From: Glaucostegus cemiculus
Lineage: Eukaryota
DNA: 64,000 nt
Direction: 5' to 3'
Assembly: GCA_976551045.1 (NCBI GenBank)
Contig: CDPCPM010000010.1
Span: 17,050,001 to 17,114,000 of the forward strand
Of this stretch, positions 12,401-25,128 are shown in pieces (position 1 is the stretch's first letter; every line of letters starts with the position of its first letter). The position numbers and the translations under genes were made by a program. The notes beneath the pieces were generated by a model. The model was not told the DNA's origin. It did not search any database and saw only the letters and a program-made list of their open reading frames with translations.

Positions 12401-13738
12401 CTGTTGGAAAGGATTCTTAGAGATAGGACCTACGGGCATTTTGAGAATCATGGACTGATTAGGGAGAGCCAGCATGGGTTTGTGAAGGGCAGACCATTTC
12501 TCACAAGCCTCAGAGTGTTCTTTGAGGAGGTGACCAGTCAGAGTGATGAGGTTAGTGCAGTAGATGTGGTCTACATAGATTTTAGTAAGGCATTTGAAAA
12601 GGTTCCACATAGTAGGCTTCTTCAGAAGGTCAGAGAGCTTGGAATCCAGGGTAGCTTGGCCATGTGGATTCAGAATTGGATTGCCTGTAGAAAGCAGAGG
12701 GTTGTGGTGGAGGGAGTGCATTCAGATTGGAGGGCTGTGACTAGTGGTGTCCCACAAGGATTGGTTCTGGGACCTCTACTTTTCGTGATTTTTATTAATG
12801 ATTTGGATGAGGGGGTAGAAGGGTGGGTTGGTAAATTTGCAGATGACACAAAGGTTGGTGGTGTTGTGGATAGTGTAGAGGATTGTCGAAGATTGCAGAG
12901 GGGCATTGATAGGATGCAGAGCTGGGCTGAGAAGTGACAGATGGAGCTCAACCTGGAGAAGTGTGAGGTGGTACACTTTGGAAGGACAAACTCCAAGGCA
13001 GAGTGCAAAGGATTTTGGGTAGTGTGGAGGAGCAAAGGGATTTGGGGGTTCATATCCACAGATCCCTGAAAGTTGCATCACCGGTGAATAGGGTAGTTAA
13101 GAAAGCTTATGGGGTGTTAGCTTTCATTAGTTGAGGGATTGAGTTTAAGAGTCACGAGGTAATAATGCAGCTTTATAAAACTCTGGTTAGACCACACTTA
13201 GAGTACTGTGCCCAGTTCCGGATGCCTCATTATATGAAAGATGTGAAAGCATTGGTAAGGGTGCAGAGGAGATTTACCAGGATGTTGCCTGATTTAGAGA
13301 GTATGTATTATGAGGAGAGACTAAGGGAGCTGGGGTTTGCTCATTGGAGAAAAGGAGGATAAGAGGAGACATGATAGAGGAGTACAAAATATTAAGAGGA
13401 ATAGATAGAGTGGACTGCCAGCGCCTCTTTCCCAGGGCACCAATGCTCAATACAAAAGGGCATAGCTTTAAAGTAATGGGTGGGAAGTTCAAGGGAGATA
13501 TCAGAGGAAGATTTTTTACCCAGAGAGTGGTTGGGGCATGGAATGTACTGCCTGGGTAGGTGGTGGAAGCAGGTACATTGGGTCACATTCAAGAGATTGC
13601 TAGATAAGCATATGGAGGAATTTAAACTAGAGGGATATGTGGGAGGAAAGGGTTTGATAGTCTTAGGCAAGGTTTAAATGTCAGCACAACATTGTGGGCT
13701 GAAGGGCCTGTATTGTGCTGTACTGTTCTATGTTCTGT
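9480..13738 (+). mobile_element. Near-full-length decayed CR1 LINE: 5'UTR, ORF1 (zinc finger, coiled coil, SGNH esterase-like), ORF2 (APE endonuclease and RT), 3' tail
   Basis: ORF1 CCSCVMW...HICSKC and AIVIG(D)S...GTND; EN motifs YLNVRS, SETWL, MGDFNFP, SDH; RT GVPQG, KFADD; ends in gctgtactgttctatgttct; many stops and frameshifts; 5' boundary approximate. Confidence 0.93.
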
Positions 13739-13855
13739 AAAGAGAAAAGCAAAGGGAATGAAAGATAAAGAGAAAAACAAAGAATAAATGAGAGAGAGAG
13801 TGAGAGAATGAGAATGAAAGAGAGAGAACGAGAGAGAGAGAGAACAAGAAATAAA
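13739..13855. repeat. GA-rich low-complexity tract
   Basis: Runs of (GA)n and A-rich purines. Confidence 0.8.
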
Positions 13856-14329
13856 GTACACACTGCTAATGGTTTTGCTAACATAGCAAATCAGAGAGAG
13901 CACCTATGGGAAATACCAATGATAATGAGATAATGCTAATCAGAGAAAGCTAATCAAAAGAGCTGAGTATATTGGGATAATAGGAATGAGAGAACAACAA
14001 CGGAAGAATGCCAGTGGGAGATATTATCCTGAGTTTGCCTAAGTACTTCTCAAACTCATGCACCATAGCTTGCAAAATAGTAATTCAATCTCATCAAAAG
14101 TTTATATTATTTTGTGACAAGCTGTTATTTGCTAATCATTCCCAATCTAGATATTCACTTTTTTTCATTAATGATTTTTACTTTACAGAAATAGACCCTC
14201 AAGGGAAACTATTTTCACAGCTGATTTAAAAAAAGACTGTTTGTATTTTTACAGCATCTTTACCATTGTAAAAATATCTCAATTTGCTTCCCATGAAGTT
14301 TGCCAACCAAAATTTGGTACCACAGAACA

Positions 14330-14765
14330 TATAAGTTTAGGGCAGGTGCGAAAAATACTTGCTCAAAGAAGGTTTAGGGTATATCTTAAAGGAGAAAAGA
14401 GTGATAGAAAGGCTGAAAGGTTTGTGGAGGGAATGCCAAAGCCCTGGGTATTGGCAGCTGAAGCACAACCACCAGTGATGGAGCAATTAAAATGAATATT
14501 CTCTGGGGCACAGAAACGAAAGATCTCAGACAATTTGCAAAGAGGTGAGGTGAGGAAAATTGTTTTAATGCAATGGGCTGTCATGATGCCTGAAAGAGTG
14601 TGGAATAATAACATTCAAAAGAGGAGCAGATAAATATTAAATGTTGAACATTTGCAGGGCTGTGGTGAAAAAGCAGGGCAGTGGAACCAATTAAGTAACT
14701 CTCTCAGAGGCATCAATCATTTATTAGACAGACTGGCCTTTTTTTTGTGCATTATCATTCTATGA
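14330..14765. mobile_element. Old L2-like and CR1 3'-end fragments
   Basis: Degenerate similarity to LINE 3' ends elsewhere in the window. Confidence 0.4.
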
Positions 14766-15604
14766 TTCGGAACAGGATCAAGCTGCTGCTGGTGACCTAA
14801 TCTGCAAGAGGGCAGGCCAGAGAGGGTGTGTGGCTAATATTGTCCAAAATATGCTGGTCTGTCATAGTGCTGTGAGAAATCCATCTGTGATCATCATCAT
14901 TCTCTCCACTCAATCACATCAGGCCTGAGCACCATTCATGAATGCCTCCACTCACTGTGGCCTGGAATCTTTTATGTGTCATGGAATGTTTCACAGAACA
15001 TAGAGCAATACAGCACAGGAACAGGCCTTTCAGCCCATGATGTGTATGCAATTGCTGTTGTCATTCATTTTGTTATCATTTTAAGTAGTGTCCATCTGTG
15101 AGTGCGGCACAGAAGCTGCCATTTTTGTAAATCCCTTTGCTGTTTTCCACGAAGGTTAAAAGAGTCTTTCAGAGTTATTCCACTACACAAATTATATTTC
15201 TTTAAATTCAAATGGGTGTGAATGACTCTAATATAAATATTCAGTGCTTGGCTCATTAACAATAACCTCCTCTGCTTCAATAGCTGCGGCACATGGCTAT
15301 AAATGGCATAGCAACCAATCCTAATCCACTTTAATTGGAAAGAGATCACTGAACTGAAACTCATTTCCGAATCTTTTATGCAGGTCAAATGATCAAAAAT
15401 TCCTGAAAAGCCAATGGAAATATGGCTTGGGTCAAGCTCGAATCAATGAATCTGGCTTCCAGAAATTGCAAACAATGAAGAAAATGCCAGAATTTTCATA
15501 ATGGCAAGGCTCTGAGGATATAATGGAAACGAACTGACTGTGTTCAGAAAAGTCAGATTTCATGAATGCCACCATTTTGACAGGTCATTTGGAGCATTGT
15601 ACTT

Positions 15605-16885
15605 ATTGGTATGGGTATTGGAATTGGTTTATTGTTGTCACTTGTACCAAGGTACAGTAAAAAAACTTGTCTTGCATACCATTCGTACAGATCAATTCAT
15701 TACACAGTGCATTGCGGTAGTCCAGGGTAAAAACAATAACGGAATACAGAATAAAGTGTCACAGCTACAGAGGAAGTGCGGTGCAGGTAGACAATAAGGT
15801 GCAAGATCGCAATAAGGTAGTTTGTAAGGTCAAGAGTCCATCTCGTTGTATAAGGGAACTGTTCAATAGTCTTATCACAGTGGGACAGAAGATGTCCTTG
15901 AGCCTGGTGGTATGTAACCTCAGGCTCCTGTATCTTCTGCCTGATGGGAGAGGGGAGAAGAGAGAATGACCCGGGTGGGTGGGGTCTTTGATTATGCTGG
16001 CTGGTTAACCAAGGCAGCGAGAGGTATAGACAGAGTCCATGGAGGGGAGGCTGGTTTCTGTGATGTGTTGGGCAGAGTCCACAACTCTCTGTAGTTGCTT
16101 GCAGTCCCGGGCAGAACACTTGCCTTACCAAGCCATGATGCATCCAGATAGGATGCTTTCTATGGTGCATCCATAAAAATTGGTGAGTGTCAAAGGGGAC
16201 ATGCCAAATTTCTTTAGCCTCCTGAGGAAGTAGAGGCACTGTTGAACTTTCTTGGCCATGACATCTATGTGATTGGACCAGGACAGGCTATTGTTGCTAT
16301 TCACTTCTAAGAATTTGAAGTTCTCAACCTTCTCAACCTCAGCACCATTGATATAGGCAGGTGCATGCAAACTGTCCTCTTTCCAGAAGTCAATGGCCAG
16401 CTCTTTAGTTTTACAGACATTAAGTGAAAGGTTATTGTCATGACACCATGTCACTAAGCTCTCTATCACCTTCCTGTACTCTGACTCATCATTATTTGAG
16501 ATACAACCCACTATTGTGGTATCATTTGCAAACTTGTAGATGCAATTAGAGCAGAATCTGGCCACACAGTCATGAGTATATAGGAAGTGGAGTAGAGGGC
16601 TGAGAGCACAGCCTTGTGGGGCATCAGTTGAGAATGATCATGCTGGAGGTATTGCTGCCTATCCTCTCTGATTGCAGTCTATTGGTTGGAAAGTCAAGGA
16701 TCCCGTTGCAGAATGAGGTGTTGCGTCCCAGGTCTCGGAGTTTGGTGATGGGTTTGCTTGGAATTATTGTATTGAAGGTGGAACTGTAGTGAGTAAACAA
16801 TATTCTAACGTAGGTGTCTTTACTGTCCAGATGCTCCAGAGATGAGTGTAGGGTTAGGGAGATGGTGTCCACTGTAGACCTGTTT
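15605..16885 (-). mobile_element. Rex1/Babar LINE, 5'-truncated and decayed
   Basis: YKFANDTTIVG RT motif; C-terminal KKVQQCLYFLRRLKKFGMS...TIESILSGCI motif; 3'UTR shared with 24217, 45405 and 61400. Confidence 0.88.
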
Positions 16886-18269
16886 TGATATTGAATCATG
16901 TTCCAACAGGTGATAGTGCATGGGCCTTCAAAAACTTTCCATTACCAGAGCCTAAAGGCAGAAATCTTTTAAATGACTGCAGCATTCTAGTGTTTATTTC
17001 TTGGGCTGCGTTTTACTACAGATTTAATTACACTGAAATTGAAAAACAACAAATAGAAATGTATGATGCACTAATAATACATTAAGTGTCAATAGGAACT
17101 AACAAAAGGATATAGTTCTGAAGAGCATCTGGTACTTATTGTAGAGCTGAAAATTATTTGTTATGACATTATTCAAGCTTGCTGCCCTTTAGAATATACA
17201 AGTGAAAGCTGCAGAAAGGGGAAATAAATTACTATATTGTATAAAAGCTGGGGTTTGAGACTACATCAGAGAGCTTTCTCAATGAACTGACACTACAGGC
17301 CAGATGGCCCATTTTCTGTGCTGTGAGATTCAACGGGCAAAAAATTCATTGTCGGGTGCTTGCACTAAACAGGGAATATGGTAGTCAAAGGAACTGAATT
17401 CCAGAAGTGGAGTACAATGAGCGGGCATTACCTAGAGCTAGCAAACTAGGACAAATTTTTACTCCTTGATTCTCTGGTGAGTTTGACTTAACACAAAATT
17501 GTTAGAAAAACATGGACAAATGAAGAGAGGTAGTGAAACTTCTTACGCAAATTGTTTAACCAAGGGATCTTATTGAACGGTGGAGCAAACTAGAGGGGCC
17601 AAATAGCCTAAAGCTGTCATTTTTCTTATTTTCATGGCATCAAGAATATATAATATTTATTAGGCTTCAGGAAGATTTGTGTCACAATGGCTCATTGTAG
17701 GGAAAGATATACAATACTCAAAAGAATTCAGCTTGAGCTAGATCATTCAGAATTCATAAACTGATGATATACAGAGAGAAAACAACTGTGCTGACTTGTA
17801 GTAGTAATCCTAAATTGCTTTATACAGAGCTTTTCCTTTTGTAATTGTCATTTATGTTTTGAATATCTTGGGTATTCTGGCAGCTCTGCTTTTGCTGCAG
17901 CAGCATGTAGCTCAAATGTAAAACAAATATTCTGTTTTAATCAGGAGTGTTAATCTTCAAAAGTGATTTTGCTGCAGTTCTAATGTCAGTGCTCTTTCAG
18001 TCAGTAAGAGCACAGCCACAAGTTCAATAAGGAAAATTTTTAGTTTCCACTCCCCATTGACGTGGAGTCTGTAATTCCAAGGCTATAGAGTAATCTTAAC
18101 CCTTCTCACCAGATGGGAAGGTCATTAGAGCTGATCGATTCACTTTCGTGCTCTATTTCTGCTATAATTGCCCTGGCTACCACTTCAGTCACTCACATCA
18201 CTTAGGCTGCTGAATCTCCTGGAAACGTGAAGAAAATACTTCTCTTACATCGCACCTCTCATGACCTCA

Positions 18270-18575
18270 AGCTGTTCTGCAACATATTGCAACAATGAAG
18301 TATTTTCAAAGTGTTGTAATGCTGAGGCAATTTGTGTGGGATCATCAATATAATAATGATAAGATAATTTGTTTCAATTATGTCAGTTGAGGAAGAGATT
18401 TTAGGTGGAACACGATGAGTATCTCCTCTGCTCTTCCTCAAGATAGTGCCTGGGTTCATTTTACCTCGACATAGGTTCATGAACAGGACGTTAAATTAAA
18501 GCTTGTTGATTAGATAACATCATTGACAGTGCAGGCCTCCCTTAGTACAGCATCAGCTGAGATTTTTGTGCTTTG
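18270..18575 (-). mobile_element. DeuSINE (SacSINE1-like) remnant
   Basis: ctcctctgctcttcctcaagatagtgcc...gacagtgcaggcctcccttagtac...gatttttgtgct matches the reverse DeuSINE pattern as remembered. Confidence 0.55.
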
Positions 18576-18586
18576 AATTGTGAATT

Positions 18587-19212
18587 GGTAACCAGGGACA
18601 CAGTCTGGGCCAGATGCTTTCCTCAGATTCACTCTCCGGAAGACTAATCTTACATCCTTGACAGTGACCATGGGTTCAGTTGCATTGAAGGCTGTCAGGG
18701 TGGGTGGTGACAATCCACTTCCCATCTGTTCAAAACATGCATAGAATCCTATCTGGATGCATCACAGCTCGGTATGGTAACTGCTCTGCCCAGGACCAGA
18801 AGAAACTACAGAGAGTTGTGGACACAGCCCAGTGCATCATGGAAACCAACCTCCCCTCCATGGACTCTGTCTATATCTCTCACTGCCTTGGTGAAGCAGC
18901 CACACCTACCTGGGTCATTCTCTCTTTTCTTTTCTCCCATCAGGCAGAAGATACAGGAGCCCGAGGGCGCATACCACCAGACTCAAGGACAGCTTCTATC
19001 CCACAGTGATAAGACTATTGAACAGTTCCCTTATACGATGAGATGGACTTTTGACCTCACAATCTACCTTGTTTGACCTTGCACCTTAATGTCTACTTGA
19101 AATGCACTTCACTGTAGCAGTGACACTTTATATTCTGTTATTGTTTTTTACCCTGTACTACCTCAATGCTCTCTGTACTACCTCAGTGCACTGTGTAATG
19201 AATTGATCTGTT
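18587..19212. mobile_element. Rex1/Babar fragment with an inverted 5' segment
   Basis: 18587-18746 encodes VTVKDVRLVFRRVNLRKASGPD on minus; 18740-19212 is the Rex1 3' end on plus. Confidence 0.8.
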
Positions 19213-19229
19213 TTGGAGCTGTTGTTGGA

Positions 19230-19490
19230 GAGACACACGTTAGCCAAGTTTCTGAATAGAAATCGACAGTTCTTCTGAAGAATTCTGTTGAATTTTTTTT
19301 CTATCCACCTTAGAGTGCAGATGGTGTCATGGTTTAATATTTTAATAGAAAGACAGCACCTCCTTTGTAATGATACTCCTTCACTACTACATTAAAGGAT
19401 TAGTCTGGATTCTTTGCCCTACTTGCTGGATTAGGACTTGAATTAAAAACCTTGTGACTTGAGAGGGGAGATGACCTTTACCACTAGGTG
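19230..19490 (-). mobile_element. DeuSINE remnant
   Basis: agacagcacctcc...ggacttgaa tRNA-head-like region. Confidence 0.5.
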
Positions 19491-19662
19491 CATCCTCTTT
19501 GGCTTTTAATAATGCAAGTTGGTTTGAAGTGGTGCTAGCCACTCATAAATTGGGCTGATGCACCAAGGCTGTACATTGTGTGGTTATCATTGGCTGCATG
19601 TTGAAATCATTGAATTGAACATGCAGCAATAATTATTCACATGTCTCTGCTTTGTCAAATAG

Positions 19663-19677
19663 GCATGGATCAATCAG
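19663..19677 (+). CDS. Candidate 15-nt microexon (GMDQS, phase 1-1)
   Basis: tgtctctgctttgtcaaatAG acceptor, CAG|GTAACA donor, frame-preserving, phase-compatible with 4611-4659. Confidence 0.4.
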
Positions 19678-20559
19678 GTAACATGGTCCCCATGCCCATT
19701 TTCCAGCTCTATCCAATTTAGCTTCTAATTTGATTAAAGAAATTCACAAGTTAGATACCTAAGGTTCAATTTATATTCCCTTTGTCCAAACTTCACATTC
19801 AATAGACTCTTGACTATTTAGTCTGTAGTCTACTAAATATTAGTTCTCACTAAAATAATGCTATCAAAGACACTTAATTTCACTTATTTATGATAGAATT
19901 TAGAAACTGCAGTGTCACTGGTGATAGAATCTCCATGTGGGAGGCAAATTGTCTCCACACAGGACAGAACATAATTAATACACTGGCTTATTATTTCTTG
20001 ATTCACTTTGTCTTCTCTCCAATAATGTTTTGCTTGTTAGTTTCCTGGAATAGAGCTCTTCAATGAGATATCTTCAACATATTTTTTAAATTATTGATTG
20101 TTTTTCCAGCAATATGCGATTAGGTTTGGCAGTGTGCCTGCTAATACATGTTATTTGGTGAGGTGCCCTTGCTATGTATATTTTATACATTTATGTGCCT
20201 AATTCTATAAATTTTACTTGATGTGTGTTAACAAGCACCAGCCTTTGAATATTTAAACTTTCATTTGAAGATATTTCCATGACACTACTGCTGAACACAT
20301 TTTAAAAAAAATGATTTAGAAACAGAACTTGCTATTATATCTCTGCAAGCAAGCAAAGGTTTAACATCTAACTAAAAATTTAAAACTAAAATCTGAATAG
20401 AGTTTGGAAACAATTTCTTCAAATTTCAGATGATGTCATGTTGGAAAATAACCCGAGTGATTTTGGTTAAGTTTCCTTGTACAATACACACCCCGCCCCC
20501 CCAAAAAAAAGCAATATGGTAGGTATATTTTTTTTGTTGTAAACATGTTTTTTTCTCAG

Positions 20560-20615
20560 CATTTCCGTGTCAAGAACCTGACCTTCTTTATGCAGGATTG
20601 AGGAAAGCATTCTAA
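20560..20615 (+). CDS. Candidate terminal coding exon (AFPCQEPDLLYAGLRKAF*)
   Basis: Strong T8-CTCAG acceptor; phase-1 reading; AATAAA near 20793 and 21303. Confidence 0.35.
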
Positions 20616-21399
20616 TGCTCTGTAATCTGATGAACTATGTTTGTTCCTGATCCAGTACTGCACTCCTGATAATTCAGAGCTTTTACTGAGCTCAGTAAAA
20701 ACCAGATTGTACCACAATTCAAATTAAGTCCTGTAAATAACCTCACAACACATTAATTTAGTGCCAAAAATTGGTTTGTTGGATAATTAGAAATAAATTA
20801 CTTCAAATGAATAGGAAGGGAGCGTAGGACAAATTTTTATCTTCATTGCACCTGTCAGGCGACCAGGCAAGTGAGGAGATAATGGGACAATCCCCAATGA
20901 CATTACTGGACCTGCAATTGCAACTTAAAAGCAAAGGAGAAGTCCAGCAGAAAAAAAATCCCAATGCAGCTGAGCCACCCAGAGAAACTACATTCCTGAA
21001 TATTTGAAATTTACTCTTTCTTAATTTGGGATTCTGTTAATACTATTTTGACTTTTTGTTATATATTCCCAGTAAACTGGAATGACTGCTGAATAATTTA
21101 AGAATAGGTTATTAAGTATAATGAGAGATTGATGCAATTTAAATAGGTTTAAGATTTTAATGGTTAGATTTGGTAATGGGCAGTTACATCTGCAACACCT
21201 GACATACCAGGTTCAACATCGCCTTTTTTTAATACTCTGGATTTTGGAATAATTGGGGTATGTAAAATATGACTCCTTAAATCATCCAATATTTGAATTA
21301 ATAATAAAAATAAAACAGATATTCAACTATGACAGGCACAAAGTCTTCTGAACACGTTGTGCAATACTGGCCAGCAGTCTTCCTTCTCTTGTAGATCAA

Positions 21400-21960
21400 C
21401 TGACAGGTGGCAGGGCTGAGAGCATTGAAGGCAGTGGTATGCTTAGACACTCAGCTACCAGCTCAAATGCAGGCAATATATGTATTGATGGGGCGAGACT
21501 AGAGACAGGATCTGCACGTGGTGAGCCACTGTGCATGAGGAAAATAACTCTGGTGGCAGTAACTGAAGAGCAAAACTGGATGCAGAGTTGGATTTAGAAA
21601 AGGCAGGAGCACCTTGTCAATGCACAATGATGTAGGAAAGCATGTGGAATATCAAAGAGGATGGGGAAATCCACCACCAACCTTGCCCATTCCTTTGTAC
21701 AGAGCTTGGAAGCCATCCTGACCAGCATGTACGAGGTGGCCAACTCCATTACAACACTTGCATACTCGTGTAGCATCTCATGGCTGATGCCTCAGCTTCC
21801 ACTGCAGCATACTTTGGACGGACAATACCTGAGCGCTGCCCTGCAAGCTAAGACCGTTGCTCTCATGGCTGTTCAGGAACCTGCCTTCCATCTGATATTA
21901 AGATGGCTGAAGCAGAGCCAGACTGCGGCCTATTGGCCAGCCAGGCCAGACTGTGGCCAC
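21400..21960 (+). mobile_element. Old DNA-transposon-like (possibly Harbinger accessory ORF) remnant
   Basis: STTNLAHSFVQSLEAILTSM resembles repeat-derived chondrichthyan uncharacterised ORFs, from memory only. Confidence 0.3.
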
Positions 21961-21964
21961 TATT

Positions 21965-22400
21965 GCTTGGGGTGATCTTCTGCTGCCTCCTCTACTGCCA
22001 CGTTGAGGCCAGGTGCAGGTTGGAGGAACAACACCTCATATTCCACCTTAGGAGTCTCCAACCCGAAGGCCTCAACATCGATTTCTCTAACTCCACCCTT
22101 CTTTTTCTTCCCCCCTCCCCCAACTCCATTGTCTTCCCTTATTGCTGTAGCTCCCTTCCCCCGCCTCGATGACCTGCCCATCTCCTCTCCTCCCCTCCCC
22201 CATCTTTTATTCCATGGTCCACTGCCCTCACCTACCGGATTCCTTCTTCTTCATCCCTTTGCCTCTTCTACCTATCACCTCTCAGCTTATTACATCATCT
22301 CTCTCTCCCCCACCATTATTGTTGCCTGACCTGCAGAGTTCCTCCAGCACTTTTTGTGTATTGCTCCAGATTCCAGCATCTGCAGAATTTTTTGTCTCTC
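21965..22400 (+). mobile_element. Penelope-like element 3' fragment (GIY-YIG C-terminus and terminal repeat)
   Basis: EARCRLEEQHLIFHLRSLQPEGLNIDFSN, pyrimidine-rich tail, gagttcctccagcacttt...ccagcatctgcag end. Confidence 0.8.
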
Positions 22401-23664
22401 CTGAGGTGACCCTGTAAGGTCATCTGAAGTCACCTCCACTGAAAGCAATCAGCCTTCCACTAACCCCACTGCAACCTCTGGAGAAGCATTGACTGAAGCA
22501 TGTGGAAGATGGATACTGAGGGAATGAAGAAAGACTATCGCATGATATTTGCATGCGATTCAGAATGATTTTGTGTTTAAATGTGGTTTGGAATTTTGAT
22601 TTTTGGTTGTCATTTATTTTGGCATTGTAGTTACATGAAGAATCTATACCCATCTCCAATACCTTCCCTTCACACCCCAGCACACAGATGCAGTGGCTGA
22701 GCCCAGAGGATCCTGAGGCTGTGTAAGATGCAGAAAAACATCATGAATCTTGCGATCTTCTCTGCAGAATTGTCCAAGCACCCAGTCTGTTCTCTTAGAT
22801 TGAAAGTTTCGGCATGGATTTGTTGTGACACAGAATGTCCTGCTATGTGTGTGGTGCATTGGAATCTAGAATTGCCCTTGCTACCCTTTGATATGGTACT
22901 GCTGTGGAAATATGAATCCGTCAGAGAATGAGTACAAAATATACACTGCTTCCTGAACCTCTGTCAATCACCATTATGATGAGCTGGGTACAATCACACA
23001 TCAGCTGTACCATCATAGACTGCATTTTATATACACTTATGGTATATCTTGGAGTTCAGGTGACATCATCAATCTGATATGAATGTTGTCAATGGTACCC
23101 TACATCACATAGAGTGTTTAAGGCTGACGATGTCCTGTCCTGCCTCTGTCTGGTGCTCTCTCGAGAGGAAGCAGAGCACATCTGTGATTTCCTTAATGCA
23201 ACAGTCTGCTGTAAGCTGTGAAATGTTGCAGATGTCTCCTGGTCCAGTCTTGCAAGAGCCATAAACTTAATAGCGCTTGACAAAACTGTTCTGTACCTGT
23301 GGTAGAATTTGTGGCTGACATATTTCAGTAAGGACACTCTTACTAAATTGAAGTGATCTCCTTCAATCCCTGGTGGATAAAGCAGCCCTTGTGAATAAGG
23401 GCCCTTCTTTCTCTCCTCCATTCTCTTCTAGCAAGTTGCCCTGTGCCATTTTCTCATGCTCCCTGCTATCCATTCTTGAAGAACGGTAAACTGAAGCATT
23501 CAAACCTGGAAGAAACTAGGGTTAGCTGAAGCCTTGAAGTGAAGACAGAATCCTTGCTTCTGCTATATAATTCCATGCTGATTTTGCAGTCTACAACAGG
23601 GAGCTTCATGTTCGTTCGTTAACATTCCAAACAAGTAAATCAGCAACTAACCGGCAAGTAGTAA

Positions 23665-24215
23665 TGTAGAGCATAGAACAGTGCAGCAGAGGAACAGGCC
23701 CTTCGGCCCACCATGTCTGTGTCATGCATGATGCCAAATTAAATGAATCTCTTTCTGCCTGCACATGATCCATAACCTTCCACCCCTGAATATTCGCGTG
23801 CCTTCTTAAAAGCCTCTTGAACACCACTATTGTACCTGCTCCCACTACCACCCCTGGCAATATGTTCCAGGTGACCTACCACTCTCTGCGTGAAAAAAAA
23901 TTGCCCCACAGAGCCCCCTTAAATGTTCCCCCTCTCAACTTAAAGCTGTGCCCTCTAGTATATGACATTTCTATCCTGGAAAAAAGATTTTAGGTATCTG
24001 TACTATCTATGCCTCCCATAATTTTGTAAACTTCTATTAGGTCTCTCATCAGCCTCCTTCATTCCAGAGAAAACAATCCGAGTTTGTCCAACCTTTTCTA
24101 GTAGCTAATACCCTCTAATCCAGGCAGCATCCTGGTAAACCTCTTCTTTACCTTCTCCGAAGCCTTCACATCCTTCCTGTAATGGGGTAATCAGAACTTC
24201 TTGCAATACTTGAAG
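23665..24215 (-). mobile_element. CR1 3' fragment, resuming at about 25128-25190
   Basis: AEGPVPLLHCSML-type 3' end and CR1 ORF2 C-terminal sequence. Confidence 0.8.
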
Positions 24216-24216
24216 T

Positions 24217-25128
24217 ATTGGCATTGGTATTGGTTTATTATTGTCACTTGCACCGAGGTAAAGTGAAAAACTTGCCTTTGCATACCATTTATAGATCAAT
24301 TTATTACACAGTGCATTGAGGTAGTACAGAGATCACTGAGGTGGTACAAGGTCAAAACAATAGTAGAATACAGAGTAAAGTGTCACAGCTACAGGGAAGT
24401 GCATTGCAGATAGACAATAAGGTGCAAGATCAAACAAGGTAGATTGTAAGATCAAGAGTCCATCTCATTGTATAAAGGAACCGTTCAATAGTCTTATCAC
24501 TATGGGATAGAAGCTGCCCTTGAGCCTGTTGGTATGTGCCCTCACGCTCCTGTATCTTCTGCCTGATGGGAGACGAGAAAAGAGAGAATGACCCAGATGG
24601 GTGGGGTCTTTGATTATGATGGTTGGTTTACCAAGTCAGAGAGAGGTATAGACAGAGTCCATGGAGGGGAGGCTGGTGTCATGATTCTGAGTACTGGCCC
24701 TTGATTTGGCTCCTTGGATGCCTCATTGTACAGCTCATGGATTCCATGCTGGACTGATTGCATAATGACACACACCTGAGCCCCATCAGGGGTCTAGCAT
24801 AAGTACCTGGGTTTCTCTAGCACTAGTTACCAGAGTATTGGTCAATCTTGAAGATTCAGTTTGGTTCCTAGCTGCTTAGAGTGGTCTACTCCAGAGCAGT
24901 CCTGTGTTCTCTTGTCCTGCTTGAAGATTCAGTTTGTGTTGGGATTACTACTCGGAACTCTGAGGCAAGATTTCCTTCCAGTGTTGCCTGTGTCTGGTCC
25001 TGAGGAAGTATCCTGACTCCAGTTTTGTACCAATATGCTGCATTTGGGTTCTCTGTGATCTTGCTCTTCAATCAACATTGTGACAGCTGGTTTCTGTGAT
25101 GCACTGGGCTGTGCCCACAACTCCCTGC
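24217..25128 (-). mobile_element. Rex1/Babar 3' fragment interrupted by a solo LTR
   Basis: High similarity to 15605-16100; sequence resumes after the TSD at 25086. Confidence 0.85.
24677..25085 (+). mobile_element. Solo LTR (409 bp) with 5-bp TSD GCTGG
   Basis: TGTCA...TGACA termini; GCTGG at 24672-24676 and 25086-25090; strand inferred from an AATCAA polyA-like motif near the end. Confidence 0.9.

Noticed and set aside
16125-16565. Host gene with a DUF1891/ALKBH8-like N-terminus
   Set aside because: This motif is the Rex1/Babar ORF C-terminus and occurs in several decayed copies here
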